Shown: positions 48,745-58,458 of the stretch, one piece after another
Layout: every line of letters starts with the position of its first letter
Position numbering within the stretch: position 1 is the stretch's first letter
Source of the DNA: Desulfatiglandales bacterium
Lineage (GTDB): Bacteria; Desulfobacterota; DSM-4660; Desulfatiglandales; Desulfatiglandaceae
Assembly: GCA_963662465.1 (NCBI GenBank)
Contig: OY759599.1
Coordinates: 2,144,001 to 2,208,000, forward strand
Direction: 5' to 3'
DNA length: 64,000 nucleotides
The notes under the pieces: model-generated
Told to the model about the DNA's origin: nothing
The model's input: only the letters and a program-made list of their open reading frames with translations
The model's database searches: none
Translations under genes and position numbers: made by a program

Positions 48745-49122
48745 TCATGAATAAAGATTAACGATTTTGAGCCCTTTTTTCCGATACAACTCAAAATGCG
48801 AATCGGTGGTATAGATTTCGGTACAGCCAGGCACTAAAAGTGAACTCAGGATTAATGCATCAAGCCCCGGTATGCCGGTACCGTGACCGATATGGCTTGC
48901 CTTTAGAGCAGTTTCCTTATTAACGGGCATAACATCCACGGCTTCGCTGATATCCGAAATAATCGTTGGCCATCCCTTAAATCCCCCTTTTAGAAGCTTT
49001 TTTTGGAGTTCGTACAAAACGATGACCGACGTTATTGTTTCACGTTCCCGCCAGATACGGAGCGTTACCGGGTTTTGATCCTGTAGTGCAAAGAAAAACC
49101 CGGCATCAAGACCTGTCAGCAT
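48745..49122 (-). CDS. vapC: PIN-domain toxin
   Basis: MLTGLDAGFF, VLYEL, LDALILSSL, IYTTDSHF. Confidence 0.85.
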   Translation of the reverse strand: MLTGLDAGFFFALQDQNPVTLRIWRERETITSVIVLYELQKKLLKGGFKGWPTIISDISEAVDVMPVNKETALKASHIGHGTGIPGLDALILSSLLVPGCTEIYTTDSHFELYRKKGLKIVNLYS

Positions 49123-49375
49123 CTGCTCCCGTCCTTTCCCCGTGAATATCTTCCCAGTTCCCAAGAGGTTTTTCCTTTACAAGAATGTTTAGCACACGTT
49201 TTTTGGCTGCATTCCTTTGGTTGTCCTCCATATCCTTTTTCAGGGATTCAATAAACTTGTCCATGCCGATGACGGCCGCCTGCTGGATACTGGAAATTTT
49301 TCCCGCAGTTTGGAGTTCCCTGAGAGCTTTCCATATTTCGAATGGTATTCGGATGGTTACTCGTTTATCTTGCAT
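49106..49375 (-). CDS. RHH-like antitoxin
   Basis: KRVTIRIPFEIWKAL; overlaps the PIN gene; AAGGAG RBS. Confidence 0.75.
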   Translation of the reverse strand: MQDKRVTIRIPFEIWKALRELQTAGKISSIQQAAVIGMDKFIESLKKDMEDNQRNAAKKRVLNILVKEKPLGNWEDIHGERTGADADRS

Positions 49376-49730
49376 TCTTTCTCCTTTCCATCAGATGTAA
49401 ATACACCCTAACACCATAACACGGAAACACTAATATGATCAATTTTTTTCCAGCAATTCTCATTAAGTTGAAGATAAGGTTTTAGGTGTCCGATCCGGAG
49501 AATCAAGACGCTGACTCCCTGGACAGAAGAAAGGAGTGGAAATTCGCAGGGGGTTCGACTATTTAAAATCGCTGCTGATTTGATTCCCGGCATCGGAGAT
49601 ATCAGGAAATCGGTTTCTATAAGATGCCCTCTTTTTTGATTTGACAGAGGCATTCTCTCAGGGTATAAAATCATTATCTAAGTTTAGGCAACATTCATTA
49701 TATAAAAATAGGCACTTCGGAGAAAAACCA

Positions 49731-50281
49731 ATGGATATCCGCTTTCTCCCCCATAATACACATCTTGAAGATCCTGATTCGTTCGCGGTGCGAGACCCCC
49801 ATTTGAGACAGCTGCGGATGCAGCCACTGGTTCACCGGTCCCACCTTCTCGCGGAACTCCCATTTCATAACCCCGGAATTTACACAATCGGGGGCGGGGG
49901 TCAGATCGGCAAGAGACCTTAATGAAGCAATGGATGGCGCTTCTCCTCGAGGACGGTGTAGCGCCGGAAAGGATCGCATATTTCACCGGCGAACTGATTG
50001 ATGATCATCATTCCCTGGTACGTCTGGTCGGGGACACCTTGAATGCCATGTAAGGAGAGGTTGACCTTGCCTACATCGCCCAAAATTACTTCCGGCCTGT
50101 GGAGGTAAAATGGGCAGGACAGCTCCGACCAAAGGATCTCAAGCAGATCGCCAAATATAACAATGCCCGGATATTGACCAAATCAAAGCAGTTCGGTCAG
50201 ATACTGGGCATCCCCACGGAACCTTTGCCTTTAATGCTTTTCCGCCTCGACGCACGAAAAACGCCACCCGCTAATTGCTAA
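49731..50281 (+). pseudogene. AAA_14/DUF4143-type ATPase-nuclease, frameshifted and internally deleted
   Basis: GIYTIGGG.QIGK (broken Walker A), LMKQWMALL, then a jump to GEVDL...VEVKW. Confidence 0.75.
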
Positions 50282-50666
50282 ATTGCTATTGGAAAATTTG
50301 GGAAGGAAAGCTACATATCACTTTTGGCGATCAAACCTTTTCGGAGGGCATACTGGAGGGTGTAAATTACGGCTGTTGGAGAATTAGGCTGTCAACTGCT
50401 TCAGAGTGTCGGCGGTTTGGCCGTAAGTGGCCACAAAGGTCATAGGTTATAGGATTCTGCCGCCATTTTCAATCGCTTTTAAGCTAATGGCTAATAGCTA
50501 ACTGCTAACGGCTGTATTTCCATGGTCAACAAGAGCCTCATGAAAGCTACCCCGGCACATAGCATTTGCCATTTTATGAAGCCATCTGGTATGATACATA
50601 CTATAAATGGGTTAGACTGCTACATTCAATCCAACAAATCAAAAACCGTTCAGAGAGGTGCCGGAA

Positions 50667-52388
50667 ATGAAAAAGCGCATCTTATACGCCGAGGCCAACT
50701 ATCCGGCCATTGTCCGCAAAAACGGCTATTTCGTGGACAAAACAGGCTATATTGAAAAGCTGGAGGAAATAGACAATCCTGTGTTCCTCCGCCCGAGGCG
50801 GTTCGGCAAGTCGCTTCTGTGTACCATGCTGGAGAGCTATTACAGCGTTATCTTCAAGGACCGGTTTGATGAACTCTTCGGCCACACCTGGATCGGTCGG
50901 AACCCGACGCCCCCGCACAATGCCTTTTTCGTGCTGCACCTGGATTTTTCCATTGTTGAAACCGGGGAAATGCCGGTCATGAAGGCCAGTTTTGACAGTA
51001 CCGTGAATCGGGAACTGGAGAACCTCATATTCCTCAACAGAAACCTGTTTCACGGTACGACCGCCATCAACCGGGAAAAGAGCGCAACCGATAATCTCAG
51101 TAATGTACTGAGAAGCATTGCACGTCAAGATTTGCCGAAACTTTACGTCATCATCGACGAATACGACAACTTCGCCAACCAACTCATCACCGGCCACAAG
51201 GATCGGCTCTACAAGCAGCTCATGGCCGATGAGGGGTTTTTGAAAACCTTCTTCAAGCTCTTAAAAGAAGGCCGCAAGACCGGGGCCATTCACAATGTGT
51301 TCATCACCGGCGTACTTCCAATAACAATTGATGAACTGGCATCCGGCTTCAATATCGCCAATTTTATCACTCTGGAGCCGGACTTTGAAAACATGCTGGG
51401 GTTTACCCAGACCGAGGTGGACCACCTGCTGGATGAAATTTATAAGGATTATGAGTTTGATCCAGCCACCCGATCTGAAACAGACGCTTTGATCAAGAGC
51501 AACTACAACGGGTATCACTTTGTGACTCCGGACGACGAACCAGTGTACAACGCCACCATACTAATCTATTTTCTCAACTATTTCACGCGATATGGCGAGT
51601 ATCCGGAGTATCTGACGGACCTGAACCTCAAAACCGATCTCATGTGGGTACGCCGCATCACCGGATCGAATCCGGAAAACACCAAAGAGTTTGTAAACCA
51701 GCTTCTCCTGCACGGTAACATTGCATTCGACAAAACCTTTTTGATCTCCAAATTCAATATGAGTCAGTTCTTTGAAAAGGGGTTTTTTCCCATTTCCTTT
51801 TTTTATCTGGGTATGCTCACGAGGCAGGATGACTTCAGCCTTACCCTTCCCAATCTGAACATGCACCGGATCTTCGTGGAATATTTCAATGAACTGCACC
51901 GGATTGACGTGTCCACCCGATACCGGGAGATCATGCAGGGCTTTCTAAATAACCTGGATTTGCACGCGCTGTTTGGGGGATACTGGAAGGAATACGTCTC
52001 CCAGCTCCCGGAGGCGGTTTTCCAGCAGGTCAATGAAAATTTCTACCGCACCACCTTTTATGAGCTGTGCAGCCGCTACCTTTCCAGGTGGTTTGTATGG
52101 AATGTGGAAAGGTCCTACCCCAAGGGCCGCACGGACCTGGAATTTGTGGGCAAGTACAGTGAGTGCTTTGCCGGAGTGCGCATGGTGATCGAGTTCAAAT
52201 ACTATTCCAATGCAAAATTTGAAAAGCTCAAAACCCCTATCGACGATTTTGAACCGCTGGAAGCGGATACAGAACAGATTGCGGGGTATGTGGAAGGATT
52301 AAAACAGGAATATCCCGAGGCAAAGGTTTCGCGGCATGTGATCTACTGCTTCGGGAATCAGGGGTATCGGGTGTTTGATGTTTTGTGA
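50667..52388 (+). CDS. AAA-ATPase-like protein with C-terminal PD-(D/E)XK nuclease
   Basis: YFVDKT, RPRRFGKSL, IIDEYDNFAN, FITGV, GRTDL...IEFKY. Confidence 0.92.
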   Translation: MKKRILYAEANYPAIVRKNGYFVDKTGYIEKLEEIDNPVFLRPRRFGKSLLCTMLESYYSVIFKDRFDELFGHTWIGRNPTPPHNAFFVLHLDFSIVETGEMPVMKASFDSTVNRELENLIFLNRNLFHGTTAINREKSATDNLSNVLRSIARQDLPKLYVIIDEYDNFANQLITGHKDRLYKQLMADEGFLKTFFKLLKEGRKTGAIHNVFITGVLPITIDELASGFNIANFITLEPDFENMLGFTQTEVDHLLDEIYKDYEFDPATRSETDALIKSNYNGYHFVTPDDEPVYNATILIYFLNYFTRYGEYPEYLTDLNLKTDLMWVRRITGSNPENTKEFVNQLLLHGNIAFDKTFLISKFNMSQFFEKGFFPISFFYLGMLTRQDDFSLTLPNLNMHRIFVEYFNELHRIDVSTRYREIMQGFLNNLDLHALFGGYWKEYVSQLPEAVFQQVNENFYRTTFYELCSRYLSRWFVWNVERSYPKGRTDLEFVGKYSECFAGVRMVIEFKYYSNAKFEKLKTPIDDFEPLEADTEQIAGYVEGLKQEYPEAKVSRHVIYCFGNQGYRVFDVL

Positions 52389-52400
52389 AGGAAGCTCTCC

Positions 52401-54485
52401 TTACGCCGCATCTGAAAAACGGGGCGGCGTCCAGGTTTTGCGGGCTTTTATGGCCAGCCTTCGGACGCGCGAGATGTCATCATCGGTAAAGATCCCGTTG
52501 ACCCCTGAAATGGCCGCCAGCTTCATACCGTGTTTCAGACCCATCTTGTAGATTTCCCGCACCTTTTCCCATTCAATCTCGCGGCCGATGGTGAAGATCT
52601 CAAATCGCCCTTCCAGTGCCAGCACAATGGTTTCAGCAAGACAGGCATAGGCCACCTTTGGGGGGAGACCGATATCCTTCATTTCCGGGTTGCCGGGCAG
52701 CTCGATTTCACCGGATTCGATGACCAGCACGTCCGGGCGTTTGGCCACATCTTCCGGAGACAGGTCCAGGGGACGGGCCACGTCGGTAATGACACACCCG
52801 GGCTTGACCCGCATAATGTCCAAAACAGCCTTGCCGGCGCCGGATGTGGCCGTGACAATCACATCCATGTCCGGCAGATAGCGGTCAGGACGGGTTGAGA
52901 TGTGAAGTGTCACGTGGGGTGTTTCTTCCAGGATGGCTTCCCGCAGGGCCAGCAGCTTGGCCGTATTCCGGCCCACCATGTAGACTTCTTCAAAGGCTTT
53001 TGCCAGTAGACGGCAACACACGGAACCAATGGCTCCGGTAGCCCCGAAAACCATGGCTTTTCCTTTAATAATTTCCCCTTTTTCCACCTGGATCAAGCCC
53101 ATGCGACGCACGGCATCGGCTCCCGCCCACAACGCCCCCGAAGCGCTATAGCTGTTCCCCGTGGTAATGGGGATATCCGCTTTTTTGGCTACGGTCACCC
53201 CGGCATCCCCCACCACCTTGGTAAAGGCCCCCAGCCCCATGATCTGCGCCCCCAGCCGTTTGGCCATTTTGGCCGCCTGCAAAAGACGATCATAGGTAAA
53301 CTCCGCCTTGTGGGCCAGCATCTGCTTAGGCGTTCCCCCCACTGAAATTAACCATCCTTCCGCTTCCACGCCGGTGGGGCTCTTAATGCCGGTCACCTTT
53401 GAATAAAGAAAGGGCGGCGCATAGGCAAACACCTTTTCAACAGCGTCCATGAAAAGCGGGGGCGCAAACCGGCTGACCATATCCAGGGTCTTTTCTTTTT
53501 TGAGAAACTCCTGGGAAAGGGGATGGATCACAAAGGCGAAACGATTCACCCGCTTGGGCGTACCGGACGGGTACACCACCCTGGGGGCCATATTCTGTTC
53601 ACAGATAAGCTCCAGAATGTCATCATCCGTGATCTGATCCTGCTTCTTGCCAAGCGCCGACAACATGAGGGCTTCCAGCACATTGAGGCCCACGACTTTT
53701 TCGAGGACCTTGGGAGCGGTATCGATGACGACATCCACACCGCGTTCCCGCAGAAACGTCACCCGATCATCATAAGCGCAGGAGGTGATAATGATCTTCC
53801 CCCCCAACTCATCCAGGGTGGCATGTTCCAGATATCGATAAAAATCATAATGGGGCGCCACAATGACCTGGGCCTGTTGCATGGCTTTTTTTATCAGATG
53901 GATATTCCACAGACGCGCGGGCATAAAATTGGCGGAGAATTTCTTGCTGGGCACCCACTTCAAAATTTCATGAACGCCGCTGGCGTAGAGTTCCAGATCC
54001 TTTACGGACGTTATGAATTTGCTGATCCCGTTTTCAAGAACGGGGTCCGCAAAGATCAAGTTTTCGGTAAATTCGCTCATCACCCGTGCGATCTTGTGGT
54101 TGGCCAGGCCTGAAAAAAACAGGACCCTGGCGTTGTCAAAGTATTTGCCGAATACAAACTCCACATGCCGGATAGACCATTCGTGGACGACGTTTCGAAG
54201 GGCGCTGCCCATGGTGACAGGCGTGTTGACCCGATCACTCAACAACCGAATCTTCTCGGCCCGCCTCTCCAGAACATATTTCGGACCAATGGCATTGGGA
54301 AATCTCATGCTGCCCAGACCGATGGCATCGGCTTTCCCGTCCCATTGCAACAGCAATTCCATCATGCGCTCCAGATCCCCATCCGTTCCAAAACGGCGAA
54401 TGGAGAAGTCATGACCCAGAAATTCCGTTTCCAATTCATAATCGGCTGTTTTCGGACCAAGGCTGATGCTGACGACCTGTTTCAC
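52401..54485 (-). CDS. Two-domain NAD(P)-dependent oxidoreductase; C-half resembles acyl-ACP/CoA reductase (AAR-like)
   Basis: FAFVIHP, ITGIKSPTG-like KVTGIKSPTG, GLGAFTKVVG, TTGNSY, GATGAIG, DVARP, ACLAET..LALE. Confidence 0.7.
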   Translation of the reverse strand: MKQVVSISLGPKTADYELETEFLGHDFSIRRFGTDGDLERMMELLLQWDGKADAIGLGSMRFPNAIGPKYVLERRAEKIRLLSDRVNTPVTMGSALRNVVHEWSIRHVEFVFGKYFDNARVLFFSGLANHKIARVMSEFTENLIFADPVLENGISKFITSVKDLELYASGVHEILKWVPSKKFSANFMPARLWNIHLIKKAMQQAQVIVAPHYDFYRYLEHATLDELGGKIIITSCAYDDRVTFLRERGVDVVIDTAPKVLEKVVGLNVLEALMLSALGKKQDQITDDDILELICEQNMAPRVVYPSGTPKRVNRFAFVIHPLSQEFLKKEKTLDMVSRFAPPLFMDAVEKVFAYAPPFLYSKVTGIKSPTGVEAEGWLISVGGTPKQMLAHKAEFTYDRLLQAAKMAKRLGAQIMGLGAFTKVVGDAGVTVAKKADIPITTGNSYSASGALWAGADAVRRMGLIQVEKGEIIKGKAMVFGATGAIGSVCCRLLAKAFEEVYMVGRNTAKLLALREAILEETPHVTLHISTRPDRYLPDMDVIVTATSGAGKAVLDIMRVKPGCVITDVARPLDLSPEDVAKRPDVLVIESGEIELPGNPEMKDIGLPPKVAYACLAETIVLALEGRFEIFTIGREIEWEKVREIYKMGLKHGMKLAAISGVNGIFTDDDISRVRRLAIKARKTWTPPRFSDAA

Positions 54486-54515
54486 CTTATCTCCTCCCCT
54501 GTTTGGAACCCGCCA

Positions 54516-56303
54516 TTATTGGCCGCTCAACTCTTTTAAAATCTCCGCCAGTTCACGGGTATCCCGCTCCGGCGGTTCCGGTTGATGGGTACTGCAATAC
54601 CGAGAATCCGCCATTGCGTGTTTCCTGCACTGTTTTCCCCTCCGAGTGAATGCCTGGCATCTGGCGGGGTCCGTATCCAGCGCCACATGGGTCTCAAACA
54701 ACCTCTCCCCGTGATCTTCCAACCCTTCCAGCAAATGCACATCCGTTTCCGAGAATGCTCCGTGCATACCGCAGTATTCAGATCCCGGGACCGCCCGCTT
54801 CTTGCACCGCCCACCCTCTCGGGTCACGCCTTTACAGCGCATCTCCTGGTATGTATCGTGCAAAACCAGGGGCGCCTCCTCAATGGCGCCTGAATCCACC
54901 AGTTCCACAAGATGCGCCAATTCATCTTCGAACCCTTCCAGAAGCGCTTCCCCATCGGGCATCAATCCCTCATCAACGGCAATGCCGACGCTCACCCGAC
55001 CATTATAACTCATGATACTGACGCCCAACCCCACATCTCCGGCCCTCGGCACCCAGAACATAAGATTTTTAATTTCACTGCCCGCAAAATAGAGGGGTTC
55101 CGTCGGGCCCGGCACATTGGTCAGAATCCCGGAGGCCTTATTGCTGAAGTAATGGGCCAGGCTTTTTGCGATCCCGGGCGGCATGATGCCCACCGTGCTG
55201 AGGAGGCCAAAATTCACCATGGTATCGGGCGCTTTTTTGAGATCGTCCATCCGACGCTTGACCTCTTTTAATCGCAGAACCACGTCCTCAATATAAACAG
55301 GGAGGGTCAGAAAAATAAGACTGAACTTATTTCCCAATTCAACTTCAGTGCCCGGCTTCCGGATATTGACCGGGACCAGCACATTCAGGTCAAGCTTATT
55401 TACCGGATAGTTCCTGCTTTTCAAATAACGACGCATGGCGCCGGTAACCGTTGAAATCAGCACATCGTTGATGGTGGCCCCGTGAATGGCGCCTCCGACC
55501 TTCTTAACGGATTCCAGGGGTATGGGGTCGGTCCAGACCGCATTTTTCCGCGTTCCGAGTTTCCCTTTAAATGCGGTGGACGGATCCGGGGGCATGAGCG
55601 CCAATTTTGCCAGCACCCCTCCCGCATCCGCTGAAATATGGGTGCTTTTCTTTGCCAGATCCATCAGGCGATCCAGGTCAAAAACCGCATCTTTGAGTTC
55701 CTCCACCACCTTGAGCCCGAATTTCTGCGTCGTATCCCTGACTTTCTGAACGCCCCGAATTAACCCGGCAACAGGCCACTGGAAGTCAAAGGAAGATATT
55801 TTTCGCTCCTTTTCCGGCAGTTCCTCAGGCCATGGCGCGCCGGGTTCATGGTCCGCCGCCGCAAGCAGTACGTGAACCAGAGCAATGCCGTCGGCAATGC
55901 AGTGATGAATCCGAAACAGGACCACACAGCCTTCGCCATAATTCTCAATCAAATGAACTTGCCAGAGGGGTTTATGAGGATCCAGGGGGGCAGCCATCAT
56001 ATCACTCACCATTTCCTGAAGTTCCGCCTTGCTCCCCGGCGACGGCAGCGCCACCCTGTGAATATGGCTTCGGATATCAAAATGCCGATCCATCTCCCAG
56101 GTGGGGGTCCCCATCCCCGAAACCGGCTTCACCACTTTTTTCCTGAACCGCGGAAAAGATGAAATACGGGATTCAATGGTGGCCCGCAGACGTTTGAAAT
56201 TGATGCACTCTTCAAACGCCATAAACGCGGTGATCATCATCAGATTGGTGGGATCATCCATACAGAGCCAGAAATTATCGGCATTGCTCATGGATTGACT
56301 CAT
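54516..56303 (-). CDS. Wax ester synthase/DGAT acyltransferase with two C-terminal Cys/His zinc-ribbon repeats
   Basis: PLWQVHLIE, HHCIADG, TINDV, LGNKFS, TNVPGP; C-x-x-x-T-x-x-G-x-x-C...YCxxH twice. Confidence 0.92.
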   Translation of the reverse strand: MSQSMSNADNFWLCMDDPTNLMMITAFMAFEECINFKRLRATIESRISSFPRFRKKVVKPVSGMGTPTWEMDRHFDIRSHIHRVALPSPGSKAELQEMVSDMMAAPLDPHKPLWQVHLIENYGEGCVVLFRIHHCIADGIALVHVLLAAADHEPGAPWPEELPEKERKISSFDFQWPVAGLIRGVQKVRDTTQKFGLKVVEELKDAVFDLDRLMDLAKKSTHISADAGGVLAKLALMPPDPSTAFKGKLGTRKNAVWTDPIPLESVKKVGGAIHGATINDVLISTVTGAMRRYLKSRNYPVNKLDLNVLVPVNIRKPGTEVELGNKFSLIFLTLPVYIEDVVLRLKEVKRRMDDLKKAPDTMVNFGLLSTVGIMPPGIAKSLAHYFSNKASGILTNVPGPTEPLYFAGSEIKNLMFWVPRAGDVGLGVSIMSYNGRVSVGIAVDEGLMPDGEALLEGFEDELAHLVELVDSGAIEEAPLVLHDTYQEMRCKGVTREGGRCKKRAVPGSEYCGMHGAFSETDVHLLEGLEDHGERLFETHVALDTDPARCQAFTRRGKQCRKHAMADSRYCSTHQPEPPERDTRELAEILKELSGQ

Positions 56304-56328
56304 AATTTACCCCTTTGGCGGTTTACAG

Positions 56329-56589
56329 TTACTCATTTAAAAGACGTGATGCCAAATCAACATAGGACTGCATGGCCGCATTTTTGCCTGTGCCCTTCTG
56401 TTTTGCCCATGCATCATATTTGGCCCGACCCACCATATTGGTAAAACCGGGTCGTTTTCCGGACACATCGCCATTTTTTGCCTGTTTGTGGTAAGCATAC
56501 AACGCCAGGAGCGTGTTGTTGTCAGGTTTTTTTGACAATTTCTGCACATCCTGTGCAGCGGTCTCAAATCTGGAACTTAAATCGGCCAT
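56329..56589 (-). CDS. Acyl-CoA-binding protein
   Basis: LYAYHKQAKNGD, GRAKYDAW, AMQSYVD; AAGGAG RBS before ATG 56589. Confidence 0.92.
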   Translation of the reverse strand: MADLSSRFETAAQDVQKLSKKPDNNTLLALYAYHKQAKNGDVSGKRPGFTNMVGRAKYDAWAKQKGTGKNAAMQSYVDLASRLLNE

Positions 56590-56723
56590 TAATAATTCCT
56601 CCTTGCAAATGATGATGTCAAAAGGACAAAAACCGATAAAAAGAAACTCACACATCTTCATATCAATCAATTTCACCTAACATCAAACCCTGTTGTTGTC
56701 AACTTATTCGGTGTACGGATCAG

Positions 56724-56999
56724 TCATGAAGTCTCCCGGTCGAGTCTATTCACAAAAAATATTGAATAGTCCCGCCTGACCGGCGGCTCGCATGGGTTGA
56801 AATGTACATATTCCAACCGATCCCCCCCTTTGAGGATATGATGGGAAGAAGCGGTATCGCCATTTACCAATACCTGTCCACAGTGAATCAGATCTTCCCA
56901 GGCATTGCGCTCATGATAGGTGAACCGCCGGCACAGGAAATCCAGCAATTGCACCCCTGTATTTTCGGAAGGAATGCGAATGGAATCGCGTCTTTTCAT
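56724..56999 (-). pseudogene. RluA-family pseudouridine synthase, internally deleted and truncated
   Basis: S4-like start and EPPV...IFF joined directly to VNRLDRETS, then a stop. Confidence 0.75.
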
Positions 57000-57009
57000 G
57001 GGTGTTTCT

Positions 57010-57516
57010 TCAGATACGAAACCGCCATTTGCAGAACATATCCCGTGGATGAGGGTCGGGCGGTGCAAAAAGGCATTCAACCCGAATGCGCTCATCTATC
57101 CCTCGGGCAAACCCTTCAAATTCTCCGCGATGCATCTCTTTGCAAACAAACTCATCCAGGCCCCGTTTCAGTCTGGCCTCCTGGGTCGGACAGGACGGCA
57201 CGGAAATGGTCACTTCATCTTCGGTTTCTTCGATGTGGTAATCCACCAGAATACACCAGGGGAAAAGCTTCAGGGCTTTCACAAAACCCTTGAGCCCCTT
57301 TTCTTGAATGGCAAAGCGCGGCGCCAAATCTTTCGCCGCCATTCCCGCAACCCTGCCCCAGACCTTTTCATTGAGCCGCTCAGCAGTGGGTTGGTCGAAA
57401 CGCTCGGCCACATTGATAAACCAGAACGCATCCATCACCCGATAGTGCCACAATAAAAATTCAATATACTGTTTAAGCTCCGATTTATCCATTTTGTCAA
57501 AGATGTCGAGATTCAT
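57010..57516 (-). CDS. DUF6125-like hypothetical protein
   Basis: [44 protein letters not shown]. Confidence 0.75.
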   Translation of the reverse strand: MNLDIFDKMDKSELKQYIEFLLWHYRVMDAFWFINVAERFDQPTAERLNEKVWGRVAGMAAKDLAPRFAIQEKGLKGFVKALKLFPWCILVDYHIEETEDEVTISVPSCPTQEARLKRGLDEFVCKEMHRGEFEGFARGIDERIRVECLFAPPDPHPRDMFCKWRFRI

Positions 57517-57590
57517 TGTCAGCTCCTTTCGGGTTTAATTCCGGATGCCGATCCTTCCGGCATCGTGAAAACATCATGTCAAATCTTTTT

Positions 57591-57745
57591 GGCTCATCGT
57601 GGATTCGCGTGAGATTTGGCTTCTGAGCCGATTGTAGGTGCGACTTCAGTCGCACATTAAGCCGACCCTGTGCGACTGAAGTCGCACCTACAGCCCGAAC
57701 CGAAACAATCTCAAAGCGCGATTTCACGTTAATCCGCGATGAACC
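57591..57745. mobile_element. MITE with ISL3-like ends and 8-bp TSD carrying a GTAG REP doublet
   Basis: GGCTCATCGTGGATT... / ...AATCCGCGATGAACC; ATCTTTTT at 57583-90 and 57746-53; perfect 24-bp inverted REPs at 57633-56 and 57669-92. Confidence 0.88.
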
Positions 57746-58066
57746 ATCTTTTTAATTCGCAACATACATACCTTGCTCACCCCACCCTCGTTTTTTTTAT
57801 GACGCATTAAAGGATTCAGCAAGCAAAAAAGCACAATTTGCTACGAATTCCTGAGTATAATCAAAGCTCGCAGAAAGCCGGGCTCACGGCATGTATCATA
57901 ATTTGACGGATAGTGGTAATTTTGACGATTTACCCATACAAGAGGTTTAAATAAAATAACATTCAACTGCATGTTATCATTGCTTTTATAAGATAGTTGC
58001 TTAATTGATGCGAATTATGCACGTTTCTTGCATTACATTCTATCAAATCACTAAGGAGGGAACTTC

Positions 58067-58363
58067 ATGGAAACAAACAGCATTTCACAAGCAGGAATAG
58101 ATTCCAATCTGATCAATCAAAAGATGAATGAACTAAGTCAGCAAACCCAATCCAAATCGGATAAGGAAAAAGTTGGCCCCATTGGCAGCACGGACACTGT
58201 CAAGATAACAGCGAACATTTCAGAAAAACCGGCAATAGCGTTTGAACCCATTGATGAAGAACAAGCGAATATCCTGGCACAATTGGCAGCGAATGATTTG
58301 AGTAAACAATCTTTCGGCATGTCTACCCAAACAGGAGTAGATGCTTTGAGGGCTTTTATTTGA
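58067..58363 (+). CDS. Small hypothetical protein
   Basis: Strong AAGGAGG RBS; 98 aa polar protein with a DTVKI motif. Confidence 0.7.
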   Translation: METNSISQAGIDSNLINQKMNELSQQTQSKSDKEKVGPIGSTDTVKITANISEKPAIAFEPIDEEQANILAQLAANDLSKQSFGMSTQTGVDALRAFI

Positions 58364-58458
58364 ATGAAAGATTAGTTTTTCTTAAGTGCCGGCGGTCAAC
58401 TTTAATGGGATGCTCATGTGAGCCAGGTGAGGTTATGAAAAAAGGCGGCAGCGCCAAC

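Larger units (their letters stand above)
48416..49564. repeat. 29-bp perfect direct repeat (48416-48444 and 49536-49564) bracketing a MITE and a TA pair
   Basis: GTGGAAATTCGCAGGGGGTTCGACTATTT occurs at both positions. Confidence 0.9.
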
